Shown here piece by piece: positions 48,082 through 61,239 of a stretch of 64,000 bases of DNA. The DNA comes from Podarcis melisellensis (taxonomy: Eukaryota). Position numbers and translations under genes: made by a program. Position 1 is the first letter of the stretch. Each line of letters starts with the position of its first letter. The stretch is taken from assembly GCA_964234715.1 (NCBI GenBank), contig OZ174275.1; one strand, 5' to 3'. Under the pieces are notes generated by a model that was not told where the DNA came from, did not search any database, and saw only the letters and a list, made by a program, of their open reading frames with translations.

Positions 48082-50008
48082 GGATATACTGGTGTCATTT
48101 CATGTTGGCTTAAATTCACAGCTGGCAGAGAGGCAAATATGAGTGCCACAGGGAACATATTAAGAAAGGAATGGGTTAATTCCAAACTAGAGCCCCAATC
48201 CAAATTCACCTCATGACTGTTTTGAATCAAAGAAAATGAGATTTGACCAGGAATCCCTGGTGCAAGTTCTGATGCAAGTTGCCCAAAAAAGGAAGGGGGA
48301 ACAGAATTATCTTTGTTATTTAGGAAAATTCATTCTAGAACTCATTCTATCAACTATGCAATAAGATGTCTAACACAATCTTGGAAGTTTCCTTTTTAAA
48401 CATGTTTTCTAGCTCTCTTCTCCCTCACCCTCACAATGGACATTTTTTCTTTGCAGGCTTAGAAATTAGAAGGAATATAGTTGCACACAGTTTCCATGGT
48501 CTAGAGAATGAAATCTCTGCAAGAGGTGTTTCTTCCATACATACTCTCCCGTCATAGGTGGCACCAGAAGGGGGGCAAGCACCTCCCCACACACAAACAA
48601 GGAGCTAACCAGCCCAGAGTTCAGGCTGTATGTGGGATTCCACAGCTTTTCAGAAATGAGAGGAGATTCAGTCTACAATATTACTCTTAGCAAGGCCATG
48701 AAAGGAAGGCTCCATAGTTCTTGGAGAGCATACAAGCAAGAAAACAAAAAATTGGAAAAGCACAGTCTGAATTGACCATTAACATTCCCAAATCATAGAG
48801 TAAATCTGTTTCTGCTATTTCTTTGTCATTGTTTCATTTTTACTCTTGGATCTGAATTGCCAGTTGCAGTTTTATCCTCTAGATCCTTGGAGACTTCAAG
48901 AATAAAAGAATAGAAGCGCTCTTCTAAAATTGTAAATAAACCCAGAAATAAAACTGTGAAACTTCTAAACTTCTATATCTTCTCCTATATTTAAGGTGTG
49001 ATATATTTGCAAAAATGTATTTTACAAAATAATTCTAGACATTGTTTGGATCTAAACTGTGATGAAACTACACTTGTGAAATAAAAATAAATAGCAACTT
49101 CAAAACTTTCAAGAGTCTTCAAATGAGTCAAGTGAAATCTAGTCCAAATAAAGTCCACAAATTAACTGTTAACCACTAAATTTAAGAACTGTTGTTACAT
49201 CACGAGGAACTCCCACAGTAAAGTTTACTTTTTATACACATTCCTGTCCCACCTAGCACCAAAGACAGAATAACATCTATGTTTGCATAATAGTGTTGCC
49301 CATGTATGGTGTGAACATTGGCTGTTCTGTCATGTCACAGTCCAAAGTATGCTCTTTGATGAAGCCTTGCAGAAAGAGATAGACATTCATTGCATAATGG
49401 TTACAAGGAAAGGTTAATAATAGATGGCTCTCATCAGTAGCTTTCCCCTTGGAATGCAAGGAATCCTCTCAGGATTGATGTGGAGGGATGTCAGACTATA
49501 TGAGCAAGGCAACAACAACAGTATGAGTTACCTTACAGCAAAGAAGCATATATTTCTTTAACACAGAATGATAGCTTCTTGGCTTCATTTGTTTGTCAAA
49601 GCTCTTAACTCTCCTAAATGCACATGTTGGCATGTATGTATATTTATTTACAAGTTACATTTCTGTGGTGTCAGTCATTGGACAGTTAACGGCTGAAAGA
49701 GTGCTTGTGTTGAATTCTGAATTATTAAATTTCCTGAAATTTTATTTTGTAGACTGTGTGTGTTCTTAAAACTCATACGAGTTGAGCAAGAGCAGCAATG
49801 TATTGGGGCAGACAATGAACAGAGCATAGTGAAACATAGGGTGGGGTCTTTTTGCTTGCTTGTCCTCCTTCCCTCCCTTTGATAAAAAGGGGGATATTGG
49901 TGGGATGAGGGCTTTGGTGGGCCCTGGGGGGGGTGTTAGCTGGCTGCCTTGTGCTGAAGTGGGAGGTTTGGTACTCTGTGAAAATGAGGGGAGGGGTGTT
50001 TTTCAGTA

Positions 50009-50993
50009 CAGTGGTGCCCCGCAAGACGAATGCCTCACAAGACGAAAAACCCGAAAAGACGAAACGGTTTTCCGTTTTTTGAGCTGCTTCGCAAGACGAA
50101 TTTCCCTATGGGCTTGCTTCGCAAGACGAAAACGTCTTGCAAGTTTGTTTCCTTTTTCTTAACACCATTAATACAGTTGCAACTTGACTTTGAGGTGCAA
50201 CTCATAGAACGCAGTGTACGTAGTAGCCTTTTTTGAGGTTTTTAAAGACTTTGGTGATTTTTGAAGCTTTTCTAAAACTTCTTTTGCAGCCATTTGGTAA
50301 GTTAAGCTTTTACTGTAAAACTTTTTTGGGGGGGCTGGATTTTGGGTTGGGGTGTTTGGAATTCAAGGACTTGGTGTTGGGGAGGGGTTTGCAAGAATCT
50401 GGAAGCTTGTGTTTTTTTTCCTGCATTTTTATGATTTTCTGTGACCACTGGGCCACTCTGCTGTTTTTTTTAAAAAAATCTGGATTTGAATTTCTGTGTG
50501 CTGGGTGGCTGGGGGAACAGTTGGGGAGGGGTTTGCAAGAATCTAGAAGCTTGTGTTTTTCCCCCTGCATTTTTATGATTTTCTGTGACCACTGGGCCAC
50601 TCTGCTGTTTTTTTAAAAAAATCTGGATTTGAATTTCTGTGTGCTGGGTGGCTGGGGGAACAGTTGGGGAGGGGTTTGCAAGAATCTGGAAGCTTGTGTT
50701 TTTTTCCTGCATTTTTATGATTTTCTGTGACCATTGGGCCACTCTGCTGTTTTTTTAAAAAAAAATCTGGGTTTGAATTTTGAAATGCTCTTTACAGTAT
50801 GTGTGACTTTAAAGAGCACTTAATAAACTCTTGTTGTACCAAATTTGGCTTTGTTTGGACTTTTTTTGACCATAGGAACGCATTAATTGATTTTCAATGC
50901 ATTCCTATGGGATTTCGTGCTTCGCAAGACGAAAAATTCGCTAGACGAAAAAATTCGTGGAACGAATTAATTTCGTCTTGCGAGGCACCACTG
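50009..50993. mobile_element. Tigger-like element, family C, opposite orientation to 43110, with ~144-bp tandem cargo
   Basis: TA-CAGTGGTGCCCCGCAAGACGAA ... TTCGTCTTGCGAGGCACCACTG-TA; about 120 bp at each end align with the 43110 element. Confidence 0.9.
50377..50779. repeat. 143-144-bp tandem repeat, about 2.8 units
   Basis: Units start at 50377, 50521 and 50664 with TTGGGGAGGGGTTTGCAAGAATCT. Confidence 0.93.
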
Positions 50994-51131
50994 TAAAGCA
51001 AATGTATGTCTACTCACAAGCAAGCCCTACTGAATTTAATGGGGCTTACTCCCAGGAAAGTAGAAGTAACTAGTCACATATGTGCCTTTAAAATGGGTTC
51101 AATGTTATAAATGAAATGTATATGCTTATTA

Positions 51132-51389
51132 CGTATTTTTCGCTCTATAAGACGCACCAGACCACAAGACGCACCTAGTTTTTGGAGGAGGAAAACAAGA
51201 AAAAAAATATTCTGAATCTCAAAAGCCAGAACAGCAAGAGGGATCCCTGCGCAGTAAAAGCAGCAATACCTCCTACTGTTCTGGCTTCTGGGATAGCTGC
51301 GCAGCCTGCATTTGCTCCATAAGACGCACACACATTTCCCCTTATTTTTTAGGAGGGAAAAAGTGAGTCTTATAGAGCAAAAAATACCG
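51132..51389. mobile_element. TcMar-Tc2-like MITE
   Basis: TA-CGTATTTTTCGCTCTATAAGAC ... GTCTTATAGAGCAAAAAATACCG-TA, with repeated AAGACGCAC subterminal motifs. Confidence 0.85.
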
Positions 51390-52654
51390 TATATATATTT
51401 GACACAGTGTGTTGTGTGTAGTTTACCTCACTATGGAGCCATATCTTTTCCCATTGTCTGCTTCTGGTATATATGAGCCTGGACAGTGTTGGTTGATAAT
51501 AGTCTACAAGTATCAACTTCTGCTTCAAGCCCCTCCCCGTCATGCTCAATAGTGCCTCTGTTTTCTACTGTGAAAAGTTGGAGGGGCTGCTTTCGGCAGT
51601 TCTACCTCACCTGAAAGTCTGTTCATGAGTTTTCTCATGACGACAATTGATGAAGGAATCTCCATAACATTATGGTGGACACAGAGAGTGCAGGCTTGCA
51701 CCTCTGGATCATCTCTGTGGTGGATATTATCCATGGTCACTGGCATATACGATAAACAGAATGAGGGAAATAAACAAGAAAGCAAGTGGGGCACTTGACT
51801 GAAAACAAATGTTTTCACTGGACTAGAGGATAATAACTTTCTGTAATACATATAAAACATGAATCACTAAGTTCTTAAGTGGAGAAAGTTTATGAGAATG
51901 CAGTCAGATGATGGGAAGATCTTTTGAACTGAGCAATGCTTGGGAGCCCTTGCATTTTCCAAGCCACATTTTTTCCTACATTACAAATCTTGTTGAAAAG
52001 GTCTGTTTTTCCACAGGCAGAATCTTTCATTCTTCAGTACCATTTGCCAAATTGCAAGCTATGATATAATTAATCCCTAGGCTTGTAGTGATTTCTAACG
52101 GACACATTAGCCTACATTTGGTGAGCAGCTAGATTGCATAGTATGCCTGCATAGTATTTCCTCATGCCAGTCGTGTCCATTTTATTTACCTTGAGTAGTG
52201 AACTACTGAAACTTGCCCCCTGCCCCAATTTCTCAAAAAATGTCTTCCCCTGCAAAAGAGGCTACTACCTTTCTGCCTCTTTCTCAAGGTGCATTTTCTT
52301 TAGAACCTTGGCATATATGAGATTTAGCTTACTTTACCAACGTGAAGTGATGATAGGTGGCCTGTGGTTTTCCCCTCCTCATTAAACGTTTCTCCAGTGA
52401 TTTGCAGCCCTGCCCTCCACTGACTGTTTGTGTTCCTGATATGAAAAAGCCTCATGAGAGAAGTTATCTCATGATGTCTTTCCCTAAGCTTTAATTGAAG
52501 CAGGGGGAGCTAAAGAGGTTGGATACTAAGGGCCTAAAGAAAGGGAAAGATACTGTGCTTAAAAAAAAAAAAACACATGATGGGCTCTCAGGCACATGGT
52601 GGGTAGTCTTCTCACCTTCCTGTGCTTACAAGAAAAGTCCAGCTGAGGTTGCCA

Positions 52655-53635
52655 CAGGTTTCTCCAGACAGAGTGAATGGACATTCAAATGGCAGCCAGT
52701 GTAAGTGTAAAGTGATGCATGTTGGAGGGGAAATAAATCCTAATTTTACAGATACACGAATGGGATCTGAGCTGGTGGTGACTGAGCAGGAAAGAGACCT
52801 TAGGGTCATAGTGGATAGCCCAATGAAGATGTCATGGCCGTTGTGAAAAGGCAAATTCCTCGTTGGGGATCATTACAAAAGGGATGGAAAATAAAACTGC
52901 CCATTTCATAATGTTGGTTTATCCATTTATGTTATGGCCACACTAGGAATACTGAACATTTTCCAGCAAATGGCAACCAAAAGGGACTGGAACATCTCCA
53001 CTATGAAGTTACCGGTAAGTGGAACATTTTGGCTTTTTAGTTTTTTAAAAAGGTAAATAAGTGGGGACATGACATGATTATGCAAGGTGTGGTGACAGTA
53101 GACAGAGAGAAGGGTTTTCCCCAGTATCATAATACTAGAACAGGCATAGGCAAACTCAGCCCTCCAGATGTTTTGGGACTACAACTCCCATCATCCCTAG
53201 CTAACAGGATCAGTGGTCAGGGATGATGGGAGTTGTAGTCCCCAAACATCTGGAGGGCAGAGTTTGCCTACGCCTGTACTACAACCAGGGGTCATCCAGT
53301 GAAGCTGAATGTTGGAAGATTCGGGACAGACAACAGGAAGTACTTCTCCCCATAGTGCAGATCTTCCCACAAGACCTAGAGATGATTGCCAAATTGGATG
53401 GCTTTAAAAGAGGATTAGACAAGTTCATGGAGAATAAAGCTATCAGTGCCTAATGGCCATAATTGCTATTTCCACTGATGGACGCAGAATGCATCTGAAT
53501 ACTAATTGCTGGGAATGTCACGTTGGGGGAGTACATTTGCACTCAGGTTCTGCTTGCCTGCTTCCCATAAGCATCTTGTTGGCCACTGTGAAAATAGGAT
53601 GCTGGAAGAGATATGCCTTTGGCCTGATCTCCTTT
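52655..53635 (+). mobile_element. CR1 LINE 3' fragment, degraded and interrupted by a MITE
   Basis: KCKVMHVG...NPNF...GSELVVTEQERDLRVIVD and DGFKRGLDKFME motifs, followed by a 3' UTR. Confidence 0.88.
53141..53276. mobile_element. hAT-Charlie-like palindromic MITE nested in CR1
   Basis: CAGGCATAGGCAAACTC / GAGTTTGCCTACGCCTG termini with a near-perfect fold-back; TSD TACTAGAA/TACTACAA. Confidence 0.92.
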
Positions 53636-56309
53636 CGAAGACTTTTTTAAAACTCTAAACCGCTGTTTTTAATTGATATTTATATTGCTAGTTTTCTGAG
53701 TCTGGTCTTTTAATGGGCTACTTTCGCTATCTGTTTTCCCAGTTACGGTATATTATTATAATCAGCTGACACTGTAGTATCTGCTACTAAGGTAATTTTA
53801 AATGTGGTTTTATTGTATTTTAGATGCCGTTTTTCTTTTTTGATGGCTTGCAAATGTTCCCACAGATATTTTTTTTTATAACAGGTTGGCAACTGCTTTG
53901 ATAGCAGCAATGCTGTAAAGCAGCCTAGAATTACAGAAACATCGCTGAATTGATGAAATGATGATCATGATGACGGTAATAATAATGATAATAGCTGTAT
54001 TATTTGAAACAAGACAAATAACTCTCTTGGAAGTGTCACTGCCCAGCTAATCAGTGGCATTTTGCAGCTGCTCATTGGATGTGAATGAATGAGCCTCAGT
54101 AATAAAAAAGAGGTCAGCAAAAAATAAGCAGTGCAATTTGTATATATGCGCTCGTAAATGTTCCTTTGGCTATCTGGAGAGGAGGCATGGAAAAGCAACC
54201 AGATGTACGATGATTAAATGCAGGACGTTTGGCACATGCAAACATTTTTTGGCCCCCATTCCTGCAGGGACTGGGCCTGACCTACAGACAAGCTGCCTCC
54301 CGTGGAGCTGGGGCCTGTCCCTCTTTTATGGACATTTCTCTGTGCTGAATACAGCTGAACGTTCCATACAATACGCTAGTCATGAAACTGAATCCTTTCC
54401 AGTGGAGTGTCATAGGTGCATGAGTTCAGACGAAGGAATTTAAACACAAACCAGAACTGCTCACTACGCATTAGGGGAACATATACACAGCCGGGACCTA
54501 TCAGGCTTTTAATGTTGACGCAAGCTACCTTCAGTGTTTAGAGTTCAGTTCCCAAATATTGTGCAACACAGAGCATCTGCCTAACCTAGGTTTGCGTAGA
54601 AGAGATGAAAGAAAGGGAGAAAATATGTTTACCTTCATAACTCTTAACCTAATCTGGAATATGATTTGCAACAAGAAATACCCTGCAGCTACACATCAAG
54701 GTTCTTAATTTGCTTTTTAAGGAGGTTTGTTGTTCTTACTAAAAATGGATTGAGAGTAAACAAGGGGCTGAGGAACAAAGTCAATCAGCAGACTTATCTG
54801 CTAATTCTATTTAATGTCAAAAGAATTATATTTTGAAACTAGTTGATCAGTATCAAACTTTATTTCAGTCACAGATAAAACATACGGAAAGCAGTGAAAG
54901 TAGTTTATTGAAAAACTGCTTTTGCAAGTCAGAGGTTACTATTTATATTAATGAATATCAGTGAAGATGGTCTTTGGAACACAAAAAGTTCAAAAGTTCA
55001 TCTTTGTACAGGAACAGCCTTGTGTTCAGGTTTCCCCTATAAGAGGTTGTAAGGGAACTGAAATAAAGTAAAGAGAAGCATTCCAGTCTTTGTCAAAAAA
55101 AGATAAGTTGGATTCTGATGCTGTGCCACTCCTGATTCAGGAAAGTTGCAGTACATAATCAGGTCAGGCTACAATTCAACCTGACACCTACTTGAAGAGG
55201 GAATTTCAGATTGGGAAATGTCCTGCTGTAGCTTTCTGTTTCTTACTTTAAACACAAGTAGTAATTTAGCAATAAATGAACAAAATGAATAAACCTTTGT
55301 AAAAAACCAATGGCTTAATTTACAGAGGAAAGAAACTGTTCAGTGTTCATTGTAGAATTCTCAATGAAGAGACGTAACTACAAAATAATTAGTTGGAATG
55401 TACAACTGTGGAGTTCTAGCTTTTTTTTTAAAGGGAAGTGTGTGTAGGATGATGACAGCAAATGGAAAGCATGGCCAAGCATCCCTAGGGACAAACCAGT
55501 TACCTCAGAGAGCAAAACTGCATCCGGGCTCAGGATGCAATTCCAAATTTCATTTCATTTCAGGAGCAGATGACTGGATTTATGTCGTTTCAACAGTGAA
55601 TTAAATGACGTGAATCAACACATCACCAGAAAGGCGCAATTAAACTTCTCTTGCAAGCATGTCCATAAAGTTTTCTAGAGCTGTTTGAATATATCGTTCA
55701 GATTTAACCTATGGGCCATTTTACGGAGGTTTGCTATCAACTGTATCCTGAACAAAGCTAAAGCCAGTGGTGGCTCCCTGAATAGTCTGTGTGTATGGTC
55801 CATATTTACAAATGTTATCACATTCACATACTGCATGCTTAGGTATAAATCATCTTCATGTGTCCTAAAACATCATTTATTTGGTAAAGCATGTGTCCAG
55901 TCATAAAAGTCTCTGTTAAGAAGACTAACGATGCAAATAAATGCTAGTAAAAGTGTGCTTCATTACCTACATCAGATGCCACTTGGATCAAGAGAACTGA
56001 ACTTTCCACTCTTGCATTTGCTCAAGAGTGGTTTGTATTGCTCTTGGAGATCAGAATCGAAGGCCGGTCCCCATTTCCTATAATGCCTTATCCGTGTGAG
56101 AGAAGGCAGAAGGAAGAGTGAAGTCTGACTTCCATTCATTAGAAGCTCCACCTCGTTTCCAAACCATAAAGTCTTCCAATACTCCAGAGGTTCAACTTGC
56201 TCAAAAAACCTAATTTGCTTGACATAAAGCTGCAATTGCCAAAGAACAGGTGGGCAGCCTTTTTTTTTATGTAGGTAATCTGCTTGCAGGTAATCTGTCA
56301 GTGAACTTA

Positions 56310-56523
56310 CTGCGCCTCAGGCCGCTGTCTCCAACGCTGATTGTGCGGCGGGCTGGAGGGCGGGGGAGTGCGTGCCCATACATGTGTGCACAAGTATTTC
56401 CAGTGCTCTTCCAACCCGGAAGTGGGCAGCGCCGGTAAGAGTGGGTGGCGGGGTTGCCGTGGGCCAGATAAACGAGTCCCTTGGGCCTTATTCGGCCCGC
56501 GGGCCTTAGTTTGGGGACCCCTG
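56310..56523. mobile_element. hAT-Charlie-like element, one end only
   Basis: Ends with GGCCCGCGGGCCTTAGTTTGGGGACCCCTG; CpG-rich interior. Confidence 0.7.
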
Positions 56524-57037
56524 GTCAAGGGCCTCACACTCACTGTGAGCCAGCAGTGTGTGGGGTGAGTGAGTGGGGCTACCCCCTTATTGTTTCTTTT
56601 TCTGCCATCTTTTGTATCTTTCTTCCAAGAGTGCTCCTTTTTCTCTCTCTCCTTCCCTGCACTGCATGTATTCCCCAACCCACCAGAAATTAATCAATAC
56701 ATAATGTCTATCCAGAAATGTATTTTGTATGTTCCAGATACTGAGTTTGTTCAGATTGGTTCAGCAAGGTATTATTTTAATGTGAAAATGTATATCAGGT
56801 ATCACATTTTCCTCTAGATATTAATCTGCAATGGCTATACAATCCAAGGATAGCATTAATTGTTTCCTGATGGTGTTTTGATTATCACAGATACAGATCG
56901 ACATGAGAATTCCAGAGAGCATTTGTTAAAGTAAAACAGGAGAAAAATCTAACTTCTGTATTTATTTTACTTTCAAATGTTTATTTGACAAAATTTATAT
57001 ACCACTTTTCTGGGGGGGAAAACACCCCCTCTAAATC

Positions 57038-57229
57038 AGTGATACCCAAAGTGATGGTCCACAAACCAGTGCCAGTCTGCAAGCCATTGGCTGAAGGTCC
57101 CTGGTAAATCTACCACAATCCTGGTCCAGTGGGATGCTTCAGGGACTAAATATTGAGTTCCTGGCACATGGTGGTGATGATGGGGAGCAGGAATTGCCGG
57201 TCCAACACATCAGTTAGTTTAAGCACTTC
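57038..57229. mobile_element. Degraded hAT-Charlie (MER5-like) MITE
   Basis: CAGTGATACCCAAAGTGATGGTCC...TTTAAGCACT termini. Confidence 0.5.
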
Positions 57230-58046
57230 CTTAAATGGTTTACATAGAGTTGGGGCTTGTCTTTTGAAATGATAACTCTCAAGTTATGAGAATGCACATA
57301 ATAGTTTACTGTGAAATTTGGGAGTTGCCTGCGGTTACAATGCGGTAGTAACAAAATTTGAGACAGGAGGTTTTAGTAAACATCTGCTGTCCTTTGGTTT
57401 GGATTTGATGCCAGATACTAGTGCAGCTGTACAATATGTCTTAACCAGCAAACTGCTCAGGACAGATGCATTTCTGAGTCAGATAATGAACACTTGAAGT
57501 AGAATGCTTGATGGAGGAGGCACAGCTGAGCTTAGCAAAGAAGAGGGTTCCATAGGGGGAACATCATACAGCAGGAAGATGGAAAGGTGTGGGGGTGAGC
57601 AAGGAGAGGATGGAGGGAAGTGATCTGGTTAAAAATGAGTTCATTCCAGGATCTTTATAAATCCCTAATGAGAAAGTAACCAGATTTCTGAAGAGCACAG
57701 TCCATGTGTCACCTAGAGATGGGGGAGGAACCTGACTCATTTTACATTTAAAGACAAAACCTACCAGTTCCACACTTTCCAAAACAATATGCATACTGAA
57801 ATACAGTTATCTGTTGAAATGTCCATGTCTTCATTTTTTTAAAAAATGCTGCAGCCAAGTAATGTATACAAAAATGCATGTGCCAGAGCAACATGTGCAT
57901 AAAAATGCATATGATAGTGAACAAAATGTACAAATTGTATTACACTGGGGAAAATTGTTTTGCAATAATGTGTATGTTAGACAAAACTGCATACAAAAAT
58001 GTATTTATTAAGAAAAATATGCACTAAAGTGCTGATGGGTTTTCTT

Positions 58047-58275
58047 GAGGGATAGAAACAAGAGATTTTGCTGCTTGAGGCAGAGGAACAAATGGAATCT
58101 CCTTCCCTTCCCTCCCAAATCACAGTCCACAGTATTATTCAAGAACAACCAAGTCCTGTAATGGGCAGTAATACAAAACAATTAAATAACTAAGCATTTG
58201 CTGCCCTTTTATGACACCCAAAATCAGATACCTGAGGTGGCTGCCTTGCCCCGGCTAATGGTAGGGCTGGCCTTG
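58047..58275. mobile_element. Degraded hAT-like MITE
   Basis: ATTTTGCTGCTTGAGGC...CCTGAGGTGGCTGCC...ATGGTAGGGCTGGCCTTG, shared with 59902. Confidence 0.6.
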
Positions 58276-59901
58276 ACTTGGGTCTTGCAGTAGAAAGGAT
58301 CTACTTTTCATTTTAAGAAAACATGTGGATTTGATATGCCACAGAAGGACAACTGTGAATGAAATTCAAGTCTGTTCTCTATGGTCTATCACAATGGATC
58401 ACTGTTTGATTATGTGGTTGGCTAAAGTAACATGAGCATACCACATATCTCAGATGTCCAAACAGCACAAAGCACCCTCATACCAATGTCTTGTTCTCAG
58501 TTTTTTAAAACTTTTTGATATTTTTGCAGTTTACTGAGAAGATACGCATTCCAAGCTTAAGGAATGTCCCAAAACGGAATTGGAATTACATTATGCCGTT
58601 CTTTCAGATGAATGTAAAAGAAAGCAGCTCAAGATAATTTTACTTGTTTGATGCCAGCAGCTTCTTTTACCAAGGTGTTACGCTTTTGTTTCAAGGTAGA
58701 AATGTCAGCAGTGAACCTTTACAGAAAAACAGCAGTGCTGAGAAGTGAAAGCTGACACTGCATGGCCTCAAAAATTCTGCTGAGTATTGGAGGCTTCCAG
58801 GATTTTAAACAAACAAATAAACACAAACTCTAATGGCCAACTGCACGCTATGAGCGGTTCATTTAGGGTGGCCAGTTATGCATTGCCAAAACAAAGAAAA
58901 AATGCATCACCAAAAAAGAGGACATATGCACATGCTACTTAATATATCTGGCTGGAAAATTTAGAAATGATTACTGGAACTGAAATTGAAATGCGTATCA
59001 GCATGGTAGGGAGTACAGTGAACTGGGTGCCTGCTCAGTCTGCTGTCCAGCTTCTGTCGATGGGCAACTTCAATATCCTTATTCTTCCTTCTCTATTATC
59101 ATACTTTAAGTTTTATCTGGGCGTAGTCTAGCGGCTAGCTGGGTTGAAAATGTTTGAAGCTCCCTGCCTAAAAATCCTTCAAATGCTTCTCCCAGCTTTC
59201 TGTTACTGAGCCAAGGATGGCACCAGCTTCACCCATCTCCCAGTTCTTCTCTTTGCCTTCCAACCTACACTGTCCTTGGTCATCAATTTCCCCTGCTCAC
59301 TTTCCACTTTAGAAAGGGACAAAAGCTTATTGAGCAAATCATATTTAAAAACTTTAATAAAGATCTGTTATCAACCCAGTTACTCTTTCCGAGGCATGCC
59401 TCTGGGACATGTATTTTGTTTCATTTATATCTCCCAGAAACATTTATATCTCTGTTATATTGAGAGTAGAAAGCTTCTAGTCAACAAATTCACAGGGGAG
59501 GAAGTGATATGTCACGACAGTATAGCAGGACTTTTCAGTTAGAACACAAAGACCAGCATATAGTATATTATTTATTTAACAGCATTACTAAGCTGTTCTA
59601 TACCACCACATCCCTCAGATCTGATCTGGACAACCTGGGTGTCTTCAGATCTTTATTTCTTTTTTAATCATCTGAAAGAGGTTCCCGTCTCATAATAAGC
59701 ATAGGAATGGTGTTTTGCCAATGAAGAAAGCATTTCCTAAGTAGGGTTAGGCAACTGTGCTCTCTCCAAGAGCAGAGTTTCTGGGTTTAAAAGTATGTAT
59801 AACATATGGAGGTGTGAGTGAAGAATGACCTTGAAAAGAGAAAGGAGCCCATTTTGCTGCCTGCAGCCTATTTTGGAGGGATTACCTTTGATACTAGGAA
59901 G

Positions 59902-60149
59902 CAGGACTAGATCAAGACATTTTGCTGCCTGAAGCAAAGAACAAAATGGCGCCCTCTCATTCCATACACAGATGTGGACCAGATTGGCAGTTGCATCAAC
60001 CCTGTGGTGGGATATCCTTCTTTACCACCCCTGAAGGTCTTAGGGGGTTCAGGGCAGATCATAGAGCACATTCAGCCTGTCCTCCAAAATCTTGTGCTGC
60101 TCCACCTGAGGTGGCTACCTCACTTTGCCTCATGGTAGGGCTGGCCCTG
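59902..60149. mobile_element. Degraded hAT-like MITE
   Basis: CAGGACTAG.../...CTGGCCCTG termini; degenerate TSD CTAGGAAG/CTGAGAAG. Confidence 0.65.
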
Positions 60150-61239
60150 CTGAGAAGTGATGCATTGTTTCTGCCTTCCTGCTTTAACTGAACTGTCAGT
60201 CATGGTTTTCACAAACTTCGGGGGTGTTCTGGATTCTCACAAGAATCATGAGACTGTTCATGCATCAGAAAGGCAATTGGCTCCCAATATGCACTCCGGC
60301 CCACTTGGCAAGTCCTAAACAACTTGGGGCCTGGACACCTGAGAGAATGGGGAGGTTCTTATAGCTGTGCCATCCTTAGTCTGCTATATGACCATGTGGA
60401 GAAGAGCCTCCATGACTATAATACCCCAGCTTTGAGATATGGCTGGCACCCACTCATTTGACCTTTCAATGCCAGTTGAAGACATGGTGATTCACACAGG
60501 CTTCTGGTGGACTTCAGTGCCAATGTTGCTGTAAGTTCTGCCTAGTTGGTTGTAACTGTCCACCTTGCTTTTAGTTGTACGAACTCTGTAGACTTACTTT
60601 AATGTGTAGCCCGCTTCTGAATTGCATTTGCAAAGACGAAGGGATAAGAAGTGTTTTAAGTAGAATTAAATTTTTGCAGAGAACAAAGGCGAGATGAGTG
60701 TAGTGCATAAGAAATGAATGATCTAAATAAAACAGGTCCTGTGTAATGTCAGTGAACATAAAAATGTAACAGAGATGATGTCAGCTCAACATTAAGTAAA
60801 TTTGCTCACAGACAGGATTTTGATACCATTAGCGCTTGGGGAATCCAAGAGGACAGCAGTGAGTCATCATGTTAAAATATGGTGACAATGAGTTTAAGAG
60901 GGGGAAAGGGAAACTTCCTTTTTAGATTGCTAAGAGATTTAAAGTGGGAGGAAAAGTAATCCCAGAGTGTGAGCCATAACAAACTCTAAAAGGGAATATT
61001 GAGAAATGTTTATACAATGAAATTTTTTTTGATGATTAACTTCTGTTTAAAACTAAACAGTCTCATCATGGTGAGAGAATAGAAGCTTTATGTTGAACTG
61101 TATCTATTAAAAAGAACACTATGGGATATAAATTCTTACTAACACTAGTCATCTGGGAACTGTCTCAATAAAAATATTAAATGTTTCACATTATAAAGGC
61201 CATATAAGGCATATTTGCCAGTTTAGCCACCCACTAGGC

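Noticed and set aside
53141-53276. Pre-miRNA-like hairpin
   Set aside because: Fully explained by a palindromic hAT MITE with TIRs and a TSD; no expression evidence.
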